Below are positions 1 to 6,638 of a stretch of 39,030 bases of DNA, in pieces (positions within the stretch are counted from its first letter, which is position 1; the number at the start of each line of letters is the position of its first letter). The notes beneath the pieces are model-generated. The model was not told the origin of the DNA. It saw only the letters and a list, made by a program, of their open reading frames with translations, and did no database searches. This DNA is from Spirochaetales bacterium (GTDB lineage: Bacteria > Spirochaetota > Spirochaetia > Sphaerochaetales > Sphaerochaetaceae). The position numbers and the translations under genes were made by a program. The stretch lies in NCBI GenBank assembly GCA_012729295.1, contig JAAYDK010000080.1:1-39030 (forward strand), in the 5' to 3' direction.

Positions 1-537
1 ATCCAAGTAGACGTCCGGTTGGTCGCAGCTACCAATCGAAACCTGAAGGAAGAGGTCGAGCACGGACGCTTTCGCGAGGACCTCTATTATCGATTGAACG
101 TAGTACATATCGAAGTTCCGCCGCTTAGAGAAAGAAAAGAAGACATACCGCTTTTAATGGCTCACTTTCTAGAACTCTATAACGAGCGTAATAACAGAAA
201 AATCGAAGGATTCTCGCAACGCTCACGCGCTGCAATGCTTTCCTACGATTGGCCGGGCAACATCAGAGAACTTGGAAACTGTGTCGAAAGCGCCGTCGTC
301 TTGGCAACAAATAAGATCATTGATATAGAAGACCTTCCTGCGCAAATCAGAAATGCTGCGGGAGAAGAACGAATCGTTCTGACGGTAGGTTCAACCGTAG
401 CACAGGCAGAAAAAGAATTGATTTTAGCGACGCTTGCATCGTGTGGCGGCAACAAATCGAAAGCTGCCGAAACCTTAGGTCTTGCCCGAAAAACTCTCCA
501 TCGTAAATTACAGGAATACGAAATTGAAACAGAGTGA
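1..537 (+). CDS. sigma-54-dependent transcriptional activator (NtrC/Fis family), C-terminal fragment; the 5' end lies outside the window
   Basis: The frame is open from nt 1. The translation shows the end of the AAA+ sigma-54 interaction module (VRLVAATNRNL, GRFREDLYYRLNV, PPLRERKEDIPLL) and a C-terminal Fis-type HTH (GGNKSKAAETLGLARKTLHRKL). Confidence 0.9.
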   Translation: MQVDVRLVAATNRNLKEEVEHGRFREDLYYRLNVVHIEVPPLRERKEDIPLLMAHFLELYNERNNRKIEGFSQRSRAAMLSYDWPGNIRELGNCVESAVVLATNKIIDIEDLPAQIRNAAGEERIVLTVGSTVAQAEKELILATLASCGGNKSKAAETLGLARKTLHRKLQEYEIETE

Positions 538-2629
538 CATCTACGACATATTCGACTCGGGGGGATTGCTGTCTAAACAGTTTGTAGGTTACGAGTTCAG
601 AGAGGGCCAGTTAGAAATGTCCCTCATTGCTACAGACTTATATGAACATGGCGGAATCGGGATAATAGAAGCAGGCACCGGTATCGGGAAATCGTTTGCA
701 TACCTTGTGCCGGCTGTTCTTCATGCGCTAGAGCACGATGACGAACGGACTGTCGTAGCTACTGCAACGATTAATTTGCAGAAACAGCTGTTCGACAAGG
801 ATATCGTGCAGCTCTTTTCTGTGATGGACAAGGAAGTTCCCGTTGCACTATTAATGGGTCGTAATAATTATTTGTGCATCAGAAGACTACAGGAATTACG
901 TGATTCAATGCCACTTGCCGTTCAAGATCCCGACAATCCGGTAGCAAAGCTTATTTGGTGGAGTAGTAAAACCGAAACGGGGATAAAAGCCGACGTGACA
1001 TGGAGAATCGGCAGCGAACTATGGCAGGAAGTGTGTTCGGATGTTGATTCTTGCTTCGGCGGAGCCTGTGCTTTTGCCAAAGATTGTTTTTTCTTACGGG
1101 CGAGAAGGAAGGCTGCAGAAGCGAACATCATCATTACAAACCATCATCTCCTTTTTACCGATGCTCGTTCGCGAAGCGACGATGACATTCCGTTCACCGA
1201 AGAAGCGGTTCTTCCTGCATATCAACGTCTGGTAATCGATGAAGCACATAATATCGAGAGAAATGCTACCGAATTTTTTACGATTACGTACGATAGCCGG
1301 GACATACTTAGAATGCTGGCTAAGATTGCACGTTCAAGACGCTACACCAAAGGTGCTATCGAACTTTTGTCGCCTTTCTCACAAGACAACGATATTGCCG
1401 GCACTGTGCTGGGCGAAATCTCGAACTTCACTGAAGCTATCGGTCTGCTTGACACCTGGCTGGTCTCTTTCATGCAGAAGCAACAGACGAACGCGTTGCT
1501 TATACGATCTCACATGCATCCGATGTTATCTGATTTCTCCAGGCTCGCACGAGAGGTCGCCGCTTACGGACAACAGTTAAGCGAAGTGCTTCAGCGATTC
1601 GTGGGCCAGCTGACAGTCGCTGCAGAACTCGAGCATATAGTACTCACTTTGGAACATCAGGCTTCGCGAATCGAACAATCAGTTGTCGCCTTGGTCAAGT
1701 TCATCGACTTCGATTCATGGACTAACGACGTTTACTGGTTTGAAATGATAAACAGCGCATCAGGTCAGCGTACAGTATCAGTCCATATTTCTCCATTACA
1801 GATATCGAGTTCTTTAAAAGAAGGTTTGTTTTCAAAACTTGAATCAGTATTGTGTACTTCCGCGACACTCGAACTGGGAGATGATTTCTTATTTTGGAGT
1901 TCTCGTGTTGGGTTACCGCTCAACGACGGAAGACCGTTTATTACAGCCGTGTATCCATCGCCGTTCGATTTTCGTAACAATCTTCTTTTACTTACACCGA
2001 GCGATGCCCCTGCTTTTTTAGAGCGAAACAGCGAGCCTTTTATTGCCTATTGTATTCAAACGATCAGAACAGCGATTCATTCTTCACAAGGCGGCGCACT
2101 GGTATTGTTTACATCCTACGGCATGCTACTGGCGGTTTCGCAGGCGCTGTCGGCGGATTTGACAGCAAGCGGCATTAACGTGCTGCGGCAGGGAGAAGGC
2201 GAACGTAGCCAGTTGCTACGCGAATTCCTTTCTGACAAGGACAGCGTGCTGTTTGCAACCGATTCGTTTTGGGAAGGCGTAGACGCACCGGGAGATACAC
2301 TGCGCCTCGTCATCATTACCAAATTACCGTTTAAAGTGCCTAGCGATCCGGTATTTAGAGCTCGGCAGGAGGCTTTGGATTCAACAGGAGAAAGCGGTTT
2401 CATGCGTCTTGCTTTGCCAGAGGCCACTATGAAGTTGAAACAAGGGTTCGGCAGGCTGCTGAGAAATACACTCGATACCGGTGTCGTATTGATTCTTGAC
2501 AGCAGGGTTGTGCAAAAAGGATACGGAGCGTGGATGCTTAAAGCCTTGCCCGATTCGTACCATCCAGATACCCTTACCGACGGAATTAGCGATAAAATCG
2601 AAACATTCCTCTATTCGAGAAACACATAA
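482..2629 (+). CDS. dinG: DinG/Rad3-family ATP-dependent DNA helicase with an Fe-S cluster domain
   Basis: 715-aa ORF. Walker A motif EAGTGIGKSFAYL, DEAH box VIDEAHNIE, a four-Cys cluster (NYLCIRR ... EVCSDVDSCFGGACAFAKDCFF), and C-terminal helicase motifs (LFATDSFWEGVDAPG, GRLLR). The start is uncertain: TTG at 482 overlaps the upstream gene, and an in-frame TTG at 524 is an alternative. Confidence 0.85.
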   Translation: MPEKLSIVNYRNTKLKQSDIYDIFDSGGLLSKQFVGYEFREGQLEMSLIATDLYEHGGIGIIEAGTGIGKSFAYLVPAVLHALEHDDERTVVATATINLQKQLFDKDIVQLFSVMDKEVPVALLMGRNNYLCIRRLQELRDSMPLAVQDPDNPVAKLIWWSSKTETGIKADVTWRIGSELWQEVCSDVDSCFGGACAFAKDCFFLRARRKAAEANIIITNHHLLFTDARSRSDDDIPFTEEAVLPAYQRLVIDEAHNIERNATEFFTITYDSRDILRMLAKIARSRRYTKGAIELLSPFSQDNDIAGTVLGEISNFTEAIGLLDTWLVSFMQKQQTNALLIRSHMHPMLSDFSRLAREVAAYGQQLSEVLQRFVGQLTVAAELEHIVLTLEHQASRIEQSVVALVKFIDFDSWTNDVYWFEMINSASGQRTVSVHISPLQISSSLKEGLFSKLESVLCTSATLELGDDFLFWSSRVGLPLNDGRPFITAVYPSPFDFRNNLLLLTPSDAPAFLERNSEPFIAYCIQTIRTAIHSSQGGALVLFTSYGMLLAVSQALSADLTASGINVLRQGEGERSQLLREFLSDKDSVLFATDSFWEGVDAPGDTLRLVIITKLPFKVPSDPVFRARQEALDSTGESGFMRLALPEATMKLKQGFGRLLRNTLDTGVVLILDSRVVQKGYGAWMLKALPDSYHPDTLTDGISDKIETFLYSRNT

Positions 2630-2635
2630 AAGAAC

Positions 2636-2654
2636 GGCTGGCAGAACGCCAGCC
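2636..2654. terminator. stem-loop between convergent dinG and groES (candidate bidirectional terminator)
   Basis: GGCTGGC-agaac-GCCAGCC is a perfect 7-bp stem in the 49-nt gap between the two stop codons. Confidence 0.6.
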
Positions 2655-2678
2655 TCAAATTGATTAAAAAACTACAGA

Positions 2679-2942
2679 TTAACCAATTACCGCCAGTACG
2701 TCGGTCATGTGAAGAATAAGCAGCTCTTCGCCGTCGGCTTTTACCGTAGTCCCTGCATATTTATCATAAAGTATGCGGTCGCCTTTCTTCACCTTAATCG
2801 TTTCATCGTCTCCGACAGCCATCACTACCGCCATCTGAGTCTTTTCTTGTGCTGTTTGCGGAATGAAGATTCCTCCAGCGGTCTTTTCCTGGATTTGCTC
2901 CATCTTTACGAGCAATCTGTCTCCCATCGGTTTAATTGTCAT
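2679..2942 (-). CDS. groES: co-chaperonin GroES (10 kDa chaperonin)
   Basis: The 87-aa product MTIKPMGDRLLVK...TAGGIFIP...VVMAVG...GDRILYDKYAGT...LLILHMTDVLAVI is a typical Cpn10. An AGGAGG RBS lies 7 nt upstream of the ATG at 2942; the ORF-track start at 3065 is an upstream extension. No groEL follows. Confidence 0.95.
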   Translation of the reverse strand: MTIKPMGDRLLVKMEQIQEKTAGGIFIPQTAQEKTQMAVVMAVGDDETIKVKKGDRILYDKYAGTTVKADGEELLILHMTDVLAVIG

Positions 2943-3012
2943 GAAAGGTTCCTCCTGAATGATTGTTAAAATTATTGCTTTTATCGTTGCACTAAGTGCG
3001 AAATCCAATAGC

Positions 3013-3041
3013 AATATACGCACAAACAATTGGAGGGTCAA
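3013..3041 (-). promoter_or_regulatory. predicted sigma-70 promoter of groES (TTGACC-17-TATATT)
   Basis: On the minus strand, TTGACC (3041..3036), a 17-nt spacer and TATATT (3018..3013) lie about 70 nt upstream of the groES ATG. Confidence 0.55.
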
Positions 3042-3126
3042 GCAACAGAACGTATAGATAGACACTTTCCGATTCGATTATGTATTGATATATTATCGGC
3101 AGAAATTAAAAATGGTAGTTGGGGTT

Positions 3127-3624
3127 ATGGATTATAAGAAAGCACTTGCGACATGTACCGTTAAACTTGCAGGCCAGGATGGGGCAAATCCGCAAGAGGC
3201 CGCACTCTGCTTTTTCCGCATGGGTGTCGTTCTATCGCGTGTGGGGAAACTGCACGATGCCATCAGATGCTTTCATGATGCGTTTATGCTTCGAGACGGC
3301 AAGACCATGGATATTCAAGACGGCTGGGTAGATTTTCACACTGTTCAGATGGCAAAATATATTCTCGGAAAACCAAGAAAATGGATTGCCTCTCTTGCAG
3401 AAGGCGATATGGTGCATGATCTCATCCGTTCAAGCTGGATTGAACTGAAACGAGAACTTGATGAAAGCGAAATTCCATTCGCCGGTCATGACCGAAGACG
3501 ATGGTTTATGACGGTATCTATCGATTTTCCCTGGTCGTTCGAAACACAAACAGAGACAGATGTCCAACTTGAGTCATTATTTCAAAACGCTCACGACCAA
3601 AAGTGTATCGAAATTACCCAATAA
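3127..3624 (+). CDS. hypothetical protein (about 165 aa; helical N-terminus, no family recognised)
   Basis: Long ORF divergent from groES. Candidate starts are TTG 3085, ATG 3112 and ATG 3127. No motif that I can assign. Confidence 0.5.
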   Translation: MDYKKALATCTVKLAGQDGANPQEAALCFFRMGVVLSRVGKLHDAIRCFHDAFMLRDGKTMDIQDGWVDFHTVQMAKYILGKPRKWIASLAEGDMVHDLIRSSWIELKRELDESEIPFAGHDRRRWFMTVSIDFPWSFETQTETDVQLESLFQNAHDQKCIEITQ

Positions 3625-3640
3625 TTCCTTTCTTTCGTGT

Positions 3641-3661
3641 CGGTGTGTTTTTTTGACACAC
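3641..3661 (+). terminator. hairpin downstream of the hypothetical gene (possible terminator)
   Basis: GGTGTGT-ttttttg-ACACACC is a 7-bp stem. The T-run lies in the loop rather than after the stem, so its function is uncertain. Confidence 0.35.
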
Positions 3662-3819
3662 CTAATGATGATATACCATCCTCAAATCATCAAATATACC
3701 AAATGTACTAACTAGTCAAAAATAATATAATTAATTAATATACATATAGATATAAAATATTATTGCTTCATTGATAAAGTTGGCATGGTTCATGATATGT
3801 ATTTTGCAGGAGGACAGCA

Positions 3820-4689
3820 ATGAATAGACCAACTACCCAAATGAGCAAGTCCGACCAATACGAGGACGCTAACATCCTGTCCATGTATCTGAAAGAAATC
3901 AATAGAATCCCGTTGATGACACGGGATGAAGAAAATGAGGTTGCTCGAAAAGCTGCCTTAGGCGATCCTGCAGCGCGAAAGCGTTTGATTGAAGCCAATC
4001 TTCGGTTTGTCGTCAACGTTGCAAAGAAATATCAGAATCAAGGCCTTCCCCTTATTGATCTCATCAACGAAGGAAATATCGGGTTAATGAATGCAATCGA
4101 AAAGTACGACGTAGACCGCGGCTATCATTTTATATCCTACGCCGTGTGGTGGATCAAGCAGGCTATTCTTAAGGCTATTTGTGAGAAATCGAGAACGGTG
4201 CGTCTTCCTCTGAACCGGGCAAACGAACTGCTTCAGATTCAGAAGGCACAGCGTGAGCTTATGCATAAAACCGGAGAAGAACCGACTATGGAAGAAATCG
4301 GAGACATGACTCAAATGGATCCTAAGTTAGTCGGAGATTTGTTGTCGATCAGCAAGGAAATGGTGAGCCTGGATTCCCCGGTATTCGGCGACCCTTCGAA
4401 TTCGTCGGTAGGTGATTTTATCGAGGACAATTATCGAAGCGCTGACGAGTATCTAATCGAACGATCGCTGAGAGAAGACATAAACGAAGCATTGGCAACC
4501 CTAACGCAAAAGGAACGAGAAATTGTTGAGATGCGTTACGGTCTTAACGGGGCTATTCCGATGTCGCTGAAAGAGATTGGAGAGTTGTACAATCTTACCA
4601 AAGAACGCATACGGCAAATCGAGAAAAAAGCACTCGAACGGTTAAAGACACCCGCACGCTTACGAATTTTAGAATCCTATACAGCATAA
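3820..4689 (+). CDS. alternative RNA polymerase sigma factor, sigma-70 family (RpoD/RpoS-like group 2/3, 289 aa, no region 1.1)
   Basis: AGGAGG RBS precedes the ATG. Region 2 is LIEANLRFVVNVAKKYQNQGLPLIDLINEGNIGLMNAIEKYDVDRGYHFISYAVWWIKQAI. Region 3 is VRLPLNRANEL. Region 4.2 HTH is MSLKEIGELYNLTKERIRQIEKKALERLK. It is too short to be the primary RpoD. Confidence 0.9.
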   Translation: MNRPTTQMSKSDQYEDANILSMYLKEINRIPLMTRDEENEVARKAALGDPAARKRLIEANLRFVVNVAKKYQNQGLPLIDLINEGNIGLMNAIEKYDVDRGYHFISYAVWWIKQAILKAICEKSRTVRLPLNRANELLQIQKAQRELMHKTGEEPTMEEIGDMTQMDPKLVGDLLSISKEMVSLDSPVFGDPSNSSVGDFIEDNYRSADEYLIERSLREDINEALATLTQKEREIVEMRYGLNGAIPMSLKEIGELYNLTKERIRQIEKKALERLKTPARLRILESYTA

Positions 4690-4717
4690 GATAAGACGTA
4701 GTCAACCTTGAAAAGGT

Positions 4718-4761
4718 GGCCGTTGCTAAACTCTAAAAAGATGTAAGCAACGGCCTTTTTG
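4718..4761 (+). terminator. rho-independent terminator of the sigma factor gene
   Basis: GGCCGTTGCT (4718..4727) pairs with AGCAACGGCC (4746..4755) and is followed by TTTTT. Confidence 0.8.
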
Positions 4762-4852
4762 TATTGATGGATAAAATGAAATAATGAATAAGAACTATCT
4801 CAAAGCAACCTTTGTATATTTTCAATTTTTGTTTTATTTATAAAAATTTTAA

Positions 4853-4881
4853 TTGACTTCATACATACTTTATTTTTAAAT
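4853..4881 (+). promoter_or_regulatory. predicted sigma-70 promoter (TTGACT-17-TTAAAT) for the small ORF and DUF1566 unit
   Basis: Hexamers at 4853..4858 and 4876..4881 sit in a strongly AT-rich tract. Confidence 0.4.
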
Positions 4882-5000
4882 ATATACGTATTCTTTTAGT
4901 ACAAATATGACACAAGATATTCCATCGATGATGCTCAGTCATGGTGATCCAGGAAGTCCCTTGCGCGCATACCCCGTATAGAGGAATGGGGGATTCGGTA

Positions 5001-5162
5001 ATGAAAAAAATAGCAGTCATGTCAAATATTTCCCTTATGAAGCTTCAGAGTCAAAAATCATATGAACCACCCGCCTATGCAAGCCCTGAGGTTATCGAAC
5101 TGGGATCAATTGAAACACTGACATGGACCGGGTCTGCTGATTCCTTTACCATCTCGACATAA
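5001..5162 (+). CDS. small orphan ORF (53 aa; MKKIAVMSNISLMKLQSQKSYEPPAYASPEVIELGSIETLTWTGSADSFTIST)
   Basis: The ATG at 5001 is preceded by GAGGAA/GGGGGA. It ends 17 nt before the DUF1566 gene start. An in-frame ATG at 4941 would add 20 aa. No homology recognised. Confidence 0.3.
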   Translation: MKKIAVMSNISLMKLQSQKSYEPPAYASPEVIELGSIETLTWTGSADSFTIST

Positions 5163-5179
5163 AAAGCAGGAGGTGGACT

Positions 5180-6209
5180 ATGAAAGCTATAAAGCACATA
5201 GTGCAGTTTTTCATGGTGATATCGGTATGTCTATTTACCTTTGCCTGCTTTGAACCAAGAATCGACACAGGTGGACTGCCAGACGAATTCGAGTTGGTAG
5301 TAGGAATTGCCGCCTCCAAAGAAGCAACAGATCGTAGCACGATCAACGACGATGCGGATGTGATAAAAGTGTATGCAAAGGTCTACGACTCGCTCGGTAA
5401 TCATTTACCGGCTGTCGACAACACCGGTAGCGATATTCCCGGAGTAACCAAATTAACGAAAAGCGGCAGTTCTTGGTCTGCTACGATAAATCTGGTCAAT
5501 CCTGCCAGCGGTACCATCACATTCGAGATCTGGGCGGTAGCGACATCGGGGATTCACCTGTATGAAGGGGAAAGCCCACATGTGGTTGGAACAAACGGCA
5601 ATTCCGTAACGGTAACCACACACGCAGTTTATACACTGCGTTCTGCAGGCCAGGCGGGCGGACTGGTATTCTTCGACAAGGGCTCGTATAGCGATGGATG
5701 GCGGTATCTGGAAGCGGCACCGTATGGTTGGTATGATGGGGAATCTGACCCATACTTCCAATGGGGCGCATATGGCTATGTGGTGGATCCTTGTGCTACA
5801 GCCACCGATGTGGGGTCCGGCGAAACGAATACCGCTAACATTGTGAACTATCATGACTTACTGAGGACTTTGTATCCTGATAAAGGATTATTATACCTAT
5901 CCGAAGCAGTATTATGCAAATAATGATGGGACGGTAGCAGCCAAAGTCTGTGCAGATTACGAATTGGAAAAGGGGGGTGTGACCTTTAGCGATTGGTTTT
6001 TGCCCTCGAAGGATGAGTTGGCCTTACTATACAACAACCTGAAGGCTCATAACGTAGGTGGTTTTTCTGAATACGACTGGTTCTACTGGAGTTCATCAGA
6101 GTACGACGACAAAAACGCTTGGACCCATTGCTTCGTGGATGAGGGAACGTTCCAGTACTACTACTCCAAAACCGAATGGAATAATGTTCGGCCTGTACGT
6201 GCTTTCTGA
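5180..6209 (+). pseudogene. DUF1566-domain lipoprotein gene interrupted by a +1 frameshift (ORFs 5180..5923 and 5964..6209)
   Basis: AGGAGG RBS. Signal peptide plus lipobox (VISVCLFTFAC). DUF1566-type motifs are split across two frames: GGLVFFDKG..GWRYLEAAP...GSGETNTANIV in frame A, and AAKVCADYELEKGGVTFSDWFLPSKDELALLYNNL...YWSSSE...AW...VRPVRAF in frame B. Frame B is open from 5865, and the two frames join smoothly at the A-run 5882..5884 (YPDK|DYYTYPKQYYANNDGTVAAKVC). Confidence 0.75.
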
Positions 6210-6555
6210 TAATCTATGTAATAATTCATGACCGAAAGCTCCCTGCCATTCGGTAAATAATTCATACAGTTCTGCTAGACGAACAGCTGTTGCACATTGA
6301 TATGCGTAGTTCATTTTATACATCCTCTTGTGTGGTATTCTACCTGTTTGACTCATGTGGTCATATTCGGTATTCGTTTGGAAGGATAGCTCTCATTTCT
6401 TTTACCATGGGACGATTGGTTCGGGATTTTAGGGACTTTCGAGGACATGTACCGATGATACAGGTGTGTCTAATTTACATGTTTTTGTTATTTTATAAAA
6501 TCATCACTTGACGTTTGATTGTATTCATCACTTACAATTATGCCACGCCCACCGG

Positions 6556-6584
6556 TTGACAGGGATGGCTTAATCATCTACATT
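6556..6584 (+). promoter_or_regulatory. predicted sigma-70 promoter of ppdK (TTGACA-17-TACATT)
   Basis: TTGACA at 6556..6561, a 17-nt spacer and TACATT at 6579..6584, about 55 nt upstream of the ATG. A weaker TTGACG-19-TACAAT lies at 6508..6538. Confidence 0.6.
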
Positions 6585-6638
6585 CAGCCCGAGAAAGAGA
6601 GAAAATAAAAAAATATAAACGCAGGGGGTTTATAGAAC

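Noticed and set aside
2943-3084. Canonical CIRCE (HrcA) operator or a sigma-32 promoter upstream of groES.
   Set aside because: There is no TTAGCACTC-N9-GAGTGCTAA and no CTTGAAA/CCCCAT pair. Only the short GCACT-n-AGTGC palindrome is present, and it is reported separately as a low-interest finding.
3660-3780. Very AT-rich tract (…ttaattaatatacatatagatataaaatatt…) considered as a possible mobile-element end, CRISPR leader or replication-related repeat.
   Set aside because: It has no direct or inverted repeats of meaningful length, no flanking transposase or integrase, and no repeat-spacer periodicity. It is most simply a promoter or curved-DNA region for the sigma factor gene.
6218-6268. Two copies of the direct repeat GTAA(T/A)ATAATTCAT, about 34 bp apart, just after the DUF1566 gene.
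   Set aside because: The repeat is only about 11 nt and imperfect. On the minus strand it simply encodes the similar peptides YELF and HELL within one small ORF. That is not enough to call att sites or IS ends.
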